The position numbers were made by a program, and so were the translations under genes. A stretch of 64,000 nucleotides of DNA from Blepharisma stoltei ATCC 30299 (lineage: Eukaryota; Protista; Ciliophora): NCBI GenBank assembly GCA_965603825.1, contig CBFDEM010000032.1:124001-188000 (forward strand), given 5' to 3'. The notes under the pieces are model-generated. The model saw nothing but the letters and a program-made list of their open reading frames with translations. It ran no database searches and had not been told where the DNA came from. Of this stretch, positions 46,201 through 60,400 are shown in pieces. Each line of letters starts with the position of its first letter. The first letter of the stretch is position 1.

Positions 46201-49200
46201 TTAAATCATTTTTTCACTTTTAGAATCTGTTCTGCCACTTGGTACAATTGTTATCAATGCTTTTAACTTTTTCAACTGGCACTTTTCATTTTGAATAAAC
46301 GGCAAATAAAAAAATAAAAAAAGCATAAGTAAAGCTGATGAAAATATAATCGTCACATAAATTATTAAATTCAGTTCTCGTTGTATCACGTTTTTTGAAT
46401 CATGGTCTATAATATCATAATCAATTCCCATAACATTTTGAAGAGCGGTTTCGTTACCTATATAATACGCAAATTGAGTAACACTTGATGTGCCTGCAGT
46501 GCTGGTTGATATAAATTTAGCATCTATATACATGATATTTGAAGCTGCGTAGGTTCCCTGCTGTAAATAATAATCATTAGTATGCCGTGCTTCAAAAATA
46601 TTTCTCTTCATACCACTTGTCAATAATTTTAAAAAATTTTTGTTTCTTATTTCAGAATTTGCAAATTTAAACCCTTCGTTGCTTGATAGAAATTCTAACT
46701 TCGAATCTGCAAGTCCATATGACATTGGCATCCATCTTAGAGAGCTTTTAGATGGAATATCTCTGGCAAATACGCTCATTCGAGATAAGAGAGCTCTTTT
46801 TGATATAAGGCTTAATAATAGCTTGGGTCTATGAACCAAGGAATTTTCACAGAGATCATATAAGTAAAAATTCAAAATAATATAATAGCTAGAAGCAACA
46901 AGTAAAAATATTAGCAGTCTCCAGAAATACCTTACATATATTCTAGATCTTACTTTTCTTGTAAATTTTTTATTTCTATAATACTCTATGCTGCTATCCT
47001 GCTTGTAGTCAATCCCATGCACCCTTGAAAGCCTTTCAATGCATGTAGTTCTTCGGTCAAGGTAAGAACTCTGAGAAGTTTTTATTATGAAATTTCAAAA
47101 TTTATCAAAATTTCTATTCATATAGATGACATATCCTATTAAAATCCCCATAAAAATAATTAGTATTGAAAGTCCTGCAAATATTCAAGATGTTATGTGT
47201 TTTCCTATTTCTTCAGCCCTACTTACTTCACAGTCAACCAAGGTTTGCATAGCATTTTGTGTAAACTCAAATGTATATCCAAAGCTATTTAATGCAAAAA
47301 ACTTTGCTTCAACGTTTGAATATGTTTTGTTTTGGCTGATCATATTTATTAAGTTATCTCCATGCTTGATAAAAATTCCTACTTCATCATAAAAATTAAA
47401 TTTTTCTATATGAGGCGAAGGGTCAAACATCCACACAGGAATCACATTATCTGTTATGATTGAAGAACTTGAGCAATAGCTTCAATCATTATAGTCAGTT
47501 AAGATATAGCCTCTTAGCAGTTTTAGCTGATTTATAGTAAAGTTAAAATATTCAAGATCTCTAGTAATATTGTAGATATTAGACACTTTTTCAGAATCTA
47601 TTGATCTTGCTAAATCTGCAGAGTTTGCTAAATGAAATATTAAATTTCCAAAATGAGAAAAAACATTAAGAGAGTTTGTATGCGAGGTATCTTGATATAT
47701 ATATGCTAAAACTGCAATATTCGTTCCAATTGCTGCCAGCATCTAAATAAGAATTACACAAAATAGCAAAATTCATTGAAAATGTTTTAAATTTTTAGAT
47801 AAGCTTTCTATACATCTCTGTGCAGCTGCTAAATAGCTCTTACTTGAAGATGAGCTTGAAATGTTACTCACTTGCATGTTTGAGATAGATTTCTCATCAA
47901 CATTATCTAGATTTTTACAGCTTTCTTTAGAAACTTCATTGAGAAGTCTGTGACGCTCTATTTCTTTCGACTCTTCTCTTTGATTATTTTCACTTGTAAT
48001 AAATTTTTGAAACCTAAAGGTTATTGAATGCTGTAAATGCTTTAGAGGCAGTTCTTGCCCCATTTTTTCCTCTCTACTTACTTGGATTTTTTTAAAATAT
48101 TCTATTTGATCAATGTCTTGTCCTTCTTTTCATATTTTTATTTCTTTTTCATCATGAATTAATAGAAGCATATGAATAGTTGTTGTTCTTAGCTCTTTTA
48201 TTATATGAACTAGGGCAAGCTTTATACCTTTTTGCTGAACGATTAATGGTTCATAGAGCTTCATTTGTGATATATCTAGGCCAGGGATAAAATCTGATAT
48301 ACAGTAATTTCTGATACTATTTGTGGTTGCCCCTATAAAATGAGGGAAAAGATCTGTAGTATTGTATACAACTCCTTCTTCAGATATGAGGGCAAGCTGC
48401 CGGTTTGTTGTTCTCTTTGTTAAAGTGGCTAAAAAATATGCATTGTTATGAAACGCTGCTAATTTTATAAGAAATCCACACTCTTCTAAATACCCAAGTG
48501 TGTTTTGAAGGAAAAATGGTCCCCTTTTAAGGACTTCTTCACTAGTATAGTTAATGTATAGATTTCTTAAATGCTCATCATGATTGTAGTTGTAAGGGCT
48601 TGGAATGTAGGAGCTTAATTGAGTCCCAGCGATATCTATATTTGAACCTTTTAATAATTGAGCAGCCCTATCATTCACATAGGTAATTACACCGAATGAG
48701 TCTTCATTAGCTGAAATGAGTATAATGCCGTTCATTTCTTCATAAGAAGTCAGCTTGGTATCATATATTGTTGAAAAACTTACTTGGTGATTTATGTTTC
48801 CTTTCAATCTATTCATTATCCCGGCTTCATCAATTTCCCCTAAAATATTTTCAAGAAAGGATATATAAAGGTCGTAAAGCTCTGGGTGCTTATATTTTGA
48901 CACAAGTTTCACATAAAATTCTTTAAGATTCGTTAATAAATCAGAACTTCTAATTGAATGATAATAGATTTTTTTATATTTAGGGAATTTTTCTGAAAAT
49001 TCAGATCATAAGTCGATAAATGCATAGCAAATTTCTTGATCAAATTTCTTGGCTTTATTAAAATCTTCTAAATATTCTATATAATGCGCATCAACCGAAG
49101 AACTATCCCTTTCGTCAATATTTTTTAGTGCCCTTCATTCTTGTATGCTTCCTTCCAGTGTAGAATTCACTGAATTTATTTTTGTTAGCTTTATTCTTGC

Positions 49201-50445
49201 CAATTTTTCATCTTTCATGGTGAAAGAGCAAAAATTTACCTCCCAAACGATAAGTAATTTATCTTTAGCTAGTGCTTTGTTGACATAGCAGGCTGTAAAA
49301 TAATTGATAACTTGTATTTTCTTCTCTAAATGCCTATTGCAAAGCAAATGTCTAGCAGTTCTTTCAAAATCATATTGACTTGTAAAATTAATTTCAGATT
49401 TTTTAATAGAATTAATTCGGGAGTTCACAAATCAGCAATTGATGACTATAATGATAGGCTGTAAGAAAAAATTAAGCATGAACGGGACACCTGCATCATC
49501 CATAGCTGTCCCTAATAAAACTGCTAATAAAGAGATTGAGACCGTCAGTATTTTGCATGACTTTATTGAGTTTTCAGCTTTGCTATAATATGGCAATTTT
49601 ACTATGAACTCCAGAAATATACAAAACGAAGCTATCATGCACATAATTTGATATATAGTAATACTTACATTTCTAAATAAAACATAAGAAATACTCATGC
49701 AAGTCTTAAATGTCAGCATTTTTAAATCGACTGATGAATGCGCTCTTACAGTTAAATTTTTATCCCAAAAAGCATGCCTCACATCTGAAGCAAATAATTC
49801 TCAAAGATAAGCCATAATAATTAAGAAAATCATGTAAACAATTATCAAAATTGATCCAGAAATCCCATAATTAAGTAAATCTGAGCTGTGTTTTCCTGAA
49901 AATTCATAAATTTTATCATAGTTAAATGTTGAATATTTGAAAATCATTGAAAGCTCTATTAAGGTAGGAATATACAGCACTGTCACCCAAACTGACAATA
50001 AATTCTTCAAAATCTGTACTAAAATTAGAGGAAATTTTAAACTCATACAACTAAAGACAAACATTAGTAATAGCAATCCTACACAAATGGACAATACGGT
50101 ATTTACTCCATGAAAACAATATGCCGTAGCTTCAAAAGTTCCGCAAAAATTGTTGAGGTTAAAATAGCTCACGATATCTCAAAAGGTTATGTAGCGATTT
50201 CAGCCTGAAATTTCCATGTCTGGATACCAAGTTAGGCTTATCATTTGAAGGGCAAGGGTAAAATTAAATAATGCCTCAACCAACAGCTGAGATCTTATTC
50301 TGTAGCCACTATTATATTTCGATTGAAAAATTTTCCCAAATATTTTGAAGATAACAATTTTTTGTTTTTCAAAAGAAGATTGTTTTAGTTTTAGATTGTT
50401 GATTTCTGTACTTTCAAAAAATTGTTCATACAAGTCTAAAAGCAT
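46201..50445 (-). CDS. TmcB/TmcC-like multi-TM PAS protein, array copy 5 (~1409 aa)
   Basis: Start MLLDLYEQFF; fragments in one frame with TGA=W; collinear motifs. Confidence 0.85.
47743..47757 (-). other. 15-nt intron GTAATTCTTATTTAG (copy 5)
   Basis: GT..AG, A at position 10, in-frame TAG. Confidence 0.9.
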
Positions 50446-52414
50446 TTATTATTATATAATTAACATGGAAACTTATTTTTTTTCAAATGTTTCTCTGACA
50501 TAGAATTCATTCCCACAAAATATTATTTATTGCTTTACTGTTGGTAAAACTTATACCTGCCATTTCTTTCATAGAAGTGTAAATTTATATAGGGATTGAT
50601 ATTCTTAATTTTTCTTTTGAATATTCTGTTTTAAAAGGAATCTACAACAGAAATTAATTTTTATAATAAATTAAAAAGAAACACTTATAAAACAATTGCG
50701 AAAGGAAATAATTTCATATATTTATCTACCACAGATGCCGATTATAGTATTGCTTACCTAGATCCATTCATTTTCAAGTGATTTAATTGATAATGCTCGC
50801 TTTTTTCAGTGACCTTTTTTAGCTATAATAGGTAAACTGCGCAAGTGGGTTAAAAACAGAGTGAATTGATTCTTTGATTAAAGACATTCACCTAGAAAAC
50901 CATTATTCATAATACATTTGGTCGATGGGTCACAAGATTTGATAACAGATATGGCTCGGCATCAGTCTATTTCGAAAGGCTTGCATCTTGCTAGGAGAAG
51001 ATTGCCTGCGAATTCATCACAGAAGTCATTGACTATATTGCTAAAACCCATCAGATTTTAGGCTTTAGAGACATTAATAAAAATAATATAATCTAAAATC
51101 TAATATCTAAGAATTACCGTGCAAAAGGAAAAAATTTTAAATGATATTATAGATTAAGAAATATTATTCGCTCTTGAAAAAAGGGTATTTGAAAATATTA
51201 ATGAGCATCATATAATAGATCAACAGATATTCATAGTAGCTAAAGAAGGCATGAATTATGAAATAAATTATTATGATGCTCAAATAAAAATGATCTTATT
51301 AAAATTCGAGCTTTCAATTAGCTTATTTAATTTTTAATCTTAAAATAAAATTAAATGAATAAAAAGGTCATCAAGTTAATTGAAAATTATTGATTGGAAA
51401 AAGCCCTTACGCTTATCTCATATTTTAGGTATATTGAACTATTTAACAAATTTTTCTTTATGAAGAATTAGCAAGCTGCTTGAATATTTTGAAAATTATA
51501 AAAGCTATTCTCTTTGGAAGATAGCCCTGGGCTTTGAAATTTTCTGTAAGTAATCAAAAATTAGAATTTATATATTGATCAGAAGTTCTTTCAACAAATA
51601 CCATTACGCTATGATATTTATAGGATACTGGTCTAATAATGCGCTGGTCTTATAAAAAGTTTATTTTGGAAAATTGCATTATGAAATTTGCAATTTGGCT
51701 TCTCTAACACTTGAAGGGGCTATAAATCGCATATTTTTCTGAAGCTTTGCAATCTGGATTGCTATTAGAAAAAAAGAATTTATACAAACAATAGTTGAGC
51801 TAAGAAATAGTTTTAGAAAAATGAAGTCAGTGCAATATAATTATTTTGCTTTAAATTAAGCTAATAAAGAACTAAAAATAACTTCTTGATCTTTTAAGCA
51901 CCTTAATTTATTTATTTAAACTTTAGTGCTGCCTAATGCAGCATTTCTCTCTTTTAATTCCAAAAAAATTAAATTTAAATTCCAATTACCAGGGCAACTA
52001 AAAACTTTAATTGAAGCTTGAAGAAAGATAAATTTAAAAATTGTAATTTATTTGTTAAATTTATGCCTCAGAGCCAAAAGCATAAAATTTTAGAAATATG
52101 AAATGATTGGAAAAGACATTATAAATATTTTAAGACTAATAAATTAATCTTGAAGTTTTGAATAGTCATATTGCTTTTTAAATTGTTTAAGATAATTAAA
52201 ATGAGCCCAAATTTTTCTCATTATCTGATTTTGATCTCAGGAATTAAAGAGAACTTATAAGTTAGATTAGATTTAGAAAATTTTATCATTTCCAAATATT
52301 TAAATTAAAAAGCATAGAATTTAATCATATTCAGATTAAGATGAACTTCGCAAATACAGAATACATCTAAAAATGAAACTGTTTACTTAAAATGATATAA
52401 ATTATATTCCATAC

Positions 52415-55400
52415 CTAAAGCTTTTCAGAGATCAAATCATCCGAGTTTTTGATGATTGACATTAATAATTTCAGCTTTGACAATCAACATTTTTCAGAAT
52501 AAATGAAAGGATGATAAAAAAATATATAGAGCAAAATCAATGCTGAAGAAAATATAACAGTCATGTAAATAAGCTTATACAGTTCGCTCTTTATGGTATC
52601 TTTTGAATCTTGGTCTACGATGTCATAATTAACCCCAAAAGTTTCTTGAAGGGCTGTTTCATTTCCTATATAATTTGAATATGCAATGACAGTCCCTATG
52701 TTAGCGGGAGTCACTGATATATATTTAGCTTCCATATATATAATATTAGCAGCAACATAAGTTCCTAGATGCAGATAATAATCATCAGTTCTGATTGTTT
52801 CAAATCATCCTGTTTTCAAATCATCTGATAATAATTTTAAAAAATCCTTGCTTCTTAATTCATGATTTGAAAGCTTAAACTCTTCACTGCTTGTGGAGAA
52901 TTCTAGCTTTGAAGATGCAAGCCCATATGAATTGGGAATCCATCTCAAATAGCTTGATGTGCCAATATCCCTTGCAAAGACACTCATACGTGATAAGAGC
53001 ACTCTTCTTGCTAGTAAGTTTAATAGGAGCTTTGGGCGATTTATTAAATAGGTTTCACACTGGTCGTAAAGTGAGAATTTAAGAGTGAAATAATAGCATG
53101 AAGCTATAGCTAAAAATATGGAAATTCTTCAAATATATTTTATATATAGTTTTGAATGTATTTTTCTATAATATCTTTTTATTTTGGGATAATGATTCTC
53201 GATATTATTATCTTTTGAATAATTAACGCCATGAACTTCTGATAATCTTTCAAGGCAGCTTTCTCTTAAATAAAAAAAGGAAATTTGTGATGATTGGTTA
53301 ACAAAATTCCAAAAATTATCATTGCTTCTTGCCATTAAAATTGAGTATCCGATTAAAATTCCTGTAAAAATAGCTAAGAGGCCAAGCCCCACAAATATTA
53401 AAGCTGTTATCTTTGTATCAGTTTCTTTTACCCTATTAACTTCGCAATCCACCAATCCAGACATTGCTCCATGAGTAAATTCAAAGGTATATCCGAAGCT
53501 ATTTAAACCGAAGAACCTTGCATCAACATTTGAATAGGTCTTATTTTGAGCAATCATATTTACCAAATTATTTCCATGCTTTAAAAATATGCCAACTTCA
53601 TCATAAAAATTGAATTTTTCTATATGAGGCGAAGGGTCAAAAATTCATACAGGGATCACATTTTCTGTTACAATTGAAGAACTAGAGCAATAGCTTCAGT
53701 CATTGTAGTCAGATAAGATATATTCTCTCAAGTTCTTTATCTCATTTAGAGTATACTTGAAGTAGCCGAAATCTCTTGTAAGATTGTATATGTTAGACCT
53801 TTTTTCTGAATCAATTGATCTTGCCAAGTCAGCAGAATTTACAAGATGGAACATTAATTTTCCAAAATGAGAAAATATTTCTAGATTACTTGAATGAGTT
53901 GTAACTTGGTAAATATACACGAGAACTGCTAAATTTGTACCGATGACTGCTAATATCTATGTAATTATTACAGATAAAAGAAGAATCTTTTGGAAAATTT
54001 TCATCTTTCTTGAGAGTGCTTCGATGTGCTTACTTGCGACTGCTGAATTAAAATTACTTGTTTTCGTGTTTGTAACACTAATTTGCTTTGATTTTTCTTC
54101 AGTTTTATTTAAATTATTATATTTTTTGCTAGGCTTTTCATCAATAAGCATATTTATCTCTTCTTGCTTTTCTTGGCTTGTCGAAATTAGTGGTATAAAT
54201 TCCTGGTTTTTGGTGTCCAAGAAATCGAATGTTGAGCTTTGAGTAATTTTTTCCAAATCCTTTTGCGACAATTCTATTTTTTTAAAGTATTCAATTTGGC
54301 TTATGTCTTTCCCTACTTTCCAGAGATTAATTTCTTTTTCATCATGAATAATCAGGAGCATATGAATGGTTTTTGTTCTTAATTCTTTTACTGTATGAAC
54401 TATGGCTAGATTTTTCTCATTTTTCTTAATAATTAGTGGCTCAAAGGGTTTCATTTCTGATATGTCTAGGTGAGGGATAAAATCTGAAATACACAAATTT
54501 TTAATGTTTGTCGTCGATGCTCCTATATAGTGGGAGAAAATCTCTGTGCAGTTGTATATAACTCCTTCTTCTGATATGAGGGCGAGCTGCCTACATGTAG
54601 TTATTGGACTTATAGATACTAAAAAGTAAGCATTATTATGAAATGCTGACAATGATATACGAAATCTGCATTCTACCAAGTATCCCAAAGAGTTTTGGAT
54701 AAAAAACTGCCCTTGATGAGCTATTTCTTTATCTATATATTCAATGAAGAATTTTTTCATAATAAAATAATGATCGATTGAAAATACACTAGGAATATAA
54801 TCATGCAAGTCAGTTCCCACCAAATCAGAAATAGTTCCTTTTAGCAATTGAGAAGCTTTACTATTGATATATGCAATTGTGCCAAAACTATTTTCATTAG
54901 CTGACACAAGCAAAATGCCACTGTCTTCGAAAGAAGATATATTTGAATCATAAATTGTTGTAAAACTTAGTTGATGGTTTATACTTGCTTTAAGTCTGCT
55001 CATGCTGCTTGCCTGATCAAATTCACCTAAGATATTTTGCAAAAACGTTATATAAAGGTCGTAAAGTTCTAGATGCTTATGTTTTGCGATAAGTTTACCA
55101 TAAAAATCTTTAAGCTCTAATAAGAGTGTGCAGCTTTTGATTGCCAAAAAGTGGATTTTTTTATATTGAGGAATACTTGCTGACAATTCAGATCCTAAGT
55201 CCAACAGTGTGCAACAGACTTCAAAATCGTGAGCTTTGGTATTCTTTAGTTCTTCCAAATATTCTATATAAAGAGAATCAGTTGATGAATAATCCCTTTT
55301 GTCAATAATCTTGATTGCCTTTAATTCTTGAATAGTCCCTTCCAAAGTAGGCACTATCGATTTCTTTTTCGTCAGTTTAATTCTCGCTAATTTTTGGTTC

Positions 55401-56626
55401 TTCAAAGAAAATGAACAAAAATTAACTTCCCAAATAACAAGTAATTTGTCTTTTATGATTGTCTTATTTGTGTAGCAACCTGAAAAATAATTAATTACTT
55501 GAGCTTTATCCTCTAATTCTTTATTGCAAAGCAAATGTCTTATGGATCTTTCAAATTCATATTGATTACTATCATTTACAACAGAATGTTTTTTATTGGC
55601 AATCTTTGTAATTAAAAATCAACTGACAATTATAGCACTAATAGGCTGCATAAAAAAATTCAGCATAAAAATAATCCCTGCATTATCCATTGCTTTGCCT
55701 AGCATAACTGAAAATAATGATAAGCACACTGAAAACATTTCACAAGATTTTATACAGTTTTCAAATTTGTTGTAATAAGGCCATTTCCTTAAAAATTCTA
55801 GAAATATTCAAAAGGAAGCTATTGTAAAAGTAACCAGAAATCTAATAGGTTCTGTGTTTCCAAAGGAAACATAAGATATACTCATTGCAGTTTTGAAAAT
55901 TAGAAGCTTTACATCTACTGAAGAGTGGGCTCTGACAGTCAAAATTTTTCTCCAAAGACCATGACGAGTATCAGCAGTAAATAATTCTTGAAAAAAAGCC
56001 AAAAAAATCAGAAAAAATATCAAAATCGGGCTTACTAATGTTCCAAGGACTCCATAAGCGAGTAAAGAAGGATCATGACTTCCATACAGCTCGCAAACTT
56101 TATCATAATTAAAAGTTGAGTATTTAAAAACTATAGAAAGTTCTATCAACGAAGGCACATATAATAATGTCGTTCAAACTAAAAATAATATTCTTAAAAT
56201 TTTAACAAGTAATTTAGGGATCTTAAGTTCTGTAAATTCATTCACTAGCATTAGTAGCAATGCTCCAAAGCAAAGCATTAAAATGGAAGCAATAAAATAA
56301 AAACATAAGTCCATAATGCCAAAAAAGCTGCAAACATTAATAAGGTTAAAACAACTCACGAATTTTCAAAAACTGGTATAGCGATTTCATTCAGAAATAT
56401 CCATATCTGGGTATCAAGCTAAGGCTATCATTTGAAAGGATAAAAGGGTATTAATAAAAATTTCAACCAATAGCTGAGTATTCATGCTAAAGCCTTTGCT
56501 GTATTCTGACTTGAAAATTTTTCTGAATAATTTAAATATATGTATTTTTCATTTATTAAGCAGCTTTTCTTGATAATTGAGCTTTTTAGAGCCTTCTAAA
56601 ATTTCTGCTGGGTTGTCTGATAACAT
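52415..56626 (-). CDS. TmcB/TmcC-like multi-TM PAS protein, array copy 6 (~1398 aa)
   Basis: Start MLSDNPAEIL (ATG 56624-56626, not in track); ends LKLLMSIIKNSDDLISEKL-TAG at 52415; single frame with TGA=W. Confidence 0.83.
53957..53971 (-). other. 15-nt intron GTAATAATTACATAG (copy 6)
   Basis: GT..AG, A at position 10, in-frame TAG. Confidence 0.9.
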
Positions 56627-57413
56627 TTTTATTGTTTAATTAAGGGATTATACAGCGACTTAAAAAAATATTCGCAGTTTTTATTTGAAGTTACAGAATC
56701 AGTATATTTGGTTTTAAATATTATAAAATTAGAATTACTAAATCTTATAATAGCTTTAAGCTTATTTCTTATTTGGATTTAAAATTTTAATCAGTTTACT
56801 TTTAGATCATAGCATAGACAATTTTTGTTATATATGATCACTTAAGGATTAAAGATTATCTGTAGTGATGAATATATGTTGTTTTTAAATTAGGAGCAGT
56901 TTTACTTTTAAGAGAAAATAGTCATAGAAGAAAACATTAATTCTAATCCAGCATCGAAATGCACTGAGTGCTAAAGCTTAACAAAAATAAATAAACTTTA
57001 GTATTTTCGAGTTTTAGATAAACTTGAAAACTATAAATTATTTAAAAATCAAATCATACTCAGAATAATAAAATTGAACAATTAAATTTAATAAATTCTA
57101 TGAATTGAAAAGCTAAAAAAGTCAGACTCCTTAAGTATCATTATGAATTGGCATAATTTTTATAATATATTGGGTGCAAAAGAAGATCATTCATAGCGTC
57201 TAATGCATCACTCATCCTCGTACCAATTCTTATGACTCATGAAGTGCCAACAAAATATTCTGGAAGCATTATAGCTAGCTATCAATATCGTTATATTACT
57301 AATAGAAAAGCCACTATAAAGTGGACATATTTAGCTTTCAAAATGATAACTCTTATTTAATTAAATTTGAAATAATTGCAGGAAATAATTTATCTTAACA
57401 AAAAATATAGAAT

Positions 57414-60400
57414 TTACAGCTTTTCAGAATTCAATTCCCCACAATTTTTGATAATCGACATTAATAATTTCAACTTTACCAGTGAACGTTTTTCATAATA
57501 AATAAAAGGAAGATAAAATAGCATATATAGTAAGACTAGAGCTGAGGAAAATATCACAGTCACATAAATGAGCAGATTTAGCTCCTGATCTATAATCTCT
57601 TTTGAGTCCTTGTCTATAATTTCATAATCTTCCCCCATAGCATTTTGAAGGGCTGTTTCATTTCCGATATAGCTTGAGTACACAGGGACAGAGGCATTAC
57701 CAGAAACAGTGACCGAGATAAATTTAGCATCGATATATAAAATGTTAGAAGCTGCGTATAGGCCTTGTTTGAAGTAATGATCATTAGTATTCCTCTCTTC
57801 AAAAAACCTTTTTTTCATATCATCTGACATTAAATTTAAGAAATCTTTTTTCCTTAAATCAGAATTTATGGCTCTAAACTCTTCATTGCTTGAGTTAAAT
57901 TCATTTTTAGATGACTCGACTGCATAAGATTTTGGAAATAATCGCAAATTGCTTGACGTGTTAATATCTCTTGCAAAAACACTCATACGCGATAAAAGCG
58001 TTCGTTTTGTTATTAAATTGAATAGAAGTTTTGGACGGTTTCACAAATGATTTTCACAATGATTGTAAAGGTAAAACTTTAAAATAAAGTAATAGCATAA
58101 AGCTATAGCTAAAAATATGGAGAGTCTTCAAATGTATTTTACGTATAGCCTTGACCTTATTGCTCTGTAAAATGTTTTATTTTTGTAATGCTCAGCACCG
58201 CTATTTTTTGAATAATCAATTCCATGCACTCTAGAAAGTCTCTCTAGACAAGCCTCTCTTAAAAATGAGTAAGACATCTGTGATGACCTTTTAACTATAT
58301 TCCAAAAATAATCATTACTTTTGGTCATTAAAATTGAATACCAAACTAAGATCCCAATAAATATAGTTAATAAACCAATTCCTACAAATACTAAAGCTGC
58401 AATCTTTCTATCAGTTTCTCCTACCCTATTAACTTCACAATCTACTAGCCCTGCCATTGCTCTATGAGTAAATTCAAATGTATACCCAAAGCTATTCAAA
58501 CCAAAAAATTTAACATCAGGATTTGTGTTTGACCACGGCTCATTGTTAACAACTGTATCAATTAAACTGTCCCCATGCTTTATAAATATGCCAACCTCGT
58601 CATAAAAATTAAAATTTTCTATATGAGGAGAAGGATCAAACATCCAGACAGGAATCACATTATCTGTTACTATTGAAGAGCTAGAGCAATAGCTTCAATC
58701 ATTATAGTCAGATAAGATGAATTCTCTTAGATTCTTTAGCTCATTTATAGTTTCTTTAAAATACCCTAAATCTCTCGTGAGGTTATAAACATAGGATCTT
58801 TTTTCAGAGTCTATTGATCTCGCTAAGTCGGCTGAGTTTACTAGATGGAACATTATGTTTCCGAAATGAGTAAAAACGTTAAGAGAGTTTGAGTGAGCTG
58901 TTACTTGATAAATATACACAAGAACTGCTATATTTATAGATATAACAGCCAATATCTATATAAAGATTACGCATAAAAGAAGAATTTTTTCAAAAACTTT
59001 TAGTTTCCTAGATAGAATTTCAATATTCTTATTAACAATTGCTATATAAAGCTTACTTGTTGCTGAATTTGATACACTGCTTCCCTGAATGTTTGATGTT
59101 TTTTCCTCAGTATACTCGAAATGATTTAATCTTTTTTTTACATCTTCACCAAAAAGTCTATATGTTTCTTCTTGTTTTCCATGATTAGGAGACATTACAG
59201 GAGTAATATCCATGCTTTTTAACCCCACGTCTAGATAGTTACTTGATATATATTGTCTAGCTTTGGCTTCCTCGTTGCATACCAATATATTTTTTTTAAA
59301 ATATTCAATTTGGCTTATATCTTGTCCGTTTTTTCATAAACTTATTTCTTTTTCATTATGAACAATTAGAAGCATGTGAACGTCTGTTGTTCTAAGCACT
59401 TTTATTGCATGAATTATTGCAATCTGCTTTTCATGCTGCTGAATAATTAATGGCTCATAGGGTTTCATTTCTGATATGTTTAAATGAGGAATAAAATCTG
59501 TTATGCAAGAATTTCTAATACTGCTTGCAGTTGCTCCAACATAATGAGGGAAAAGCTCTGTGCAATTAAGTATAACTCCTTCCTCGGATATCAATGCAAG
59601 CTGCCGATTCACATTTATTGAACTCAAAGTTACTAAAAAATAAGCATTATTATGAAATGCTAACAATTTTATCCGAAATTTGCACTCGACTAAATTCCCT
59701 AAAATATTTTGGATAAAAAATAGCCCTTGATGTGATATTTCCTCTTCTATATATTCTATATAAAAATTTTTCATATAATCTTTGTGATCGAGAGCATAAA
59801 TACTTGGAATATAATCATGCAAATCAGTTCCTATCAAATCCGAAATTGTCCCTTTTAGCAGCTGAGATGCTTTATCATTTATATATGCGATGATACCAAA
59901 AGCATTTTCGTTAGCTGATATAAGTATGATACCTTCATCTTCATCAGAAAATATATTTGCTTCATAAAGTGTTGAGGCGCTCATTTGGCGACTTACGGCT
60001 CCTTTTAATCTATTTATATTACTAGCTTGGTCGCATTCTCCCAAAATATCTTGTAAGAAAGTAGCATAAAGATCATAAAGCTTCATATGTTTGTGCTTAG
60101 ATATTAGCTGAGCATAAAACTCTTTAAGATTTAATAAATATCCGCAGCTTTTGATAGCAAAATGATGAATTTTATTATATTGTGGAATCTTCGCCGTCAA
60201 TTCCGACCATAAATCTAACAATATGCAACAAATTTCGAAATCTTGAGCCTTTGCTTTATTTATATCTTCTAAATACTCTACATAAAGAGAATCAATTGAT
60301 GAACTATCTCTTTTGTCAATAATCTTCAAAGTCCTCAATTCTTGAATTTTTCCTTCCAATGTAGAAATTATCGATTTTTTTTTTGTTAATTTTATTCTTG

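Noticed and set aside
51660-51860. Short frame containing TLEGAI, similar to the array motif TLEGCIQE
   Set aside because: Opposite strand, and the flanking residues do not align; likely chance.
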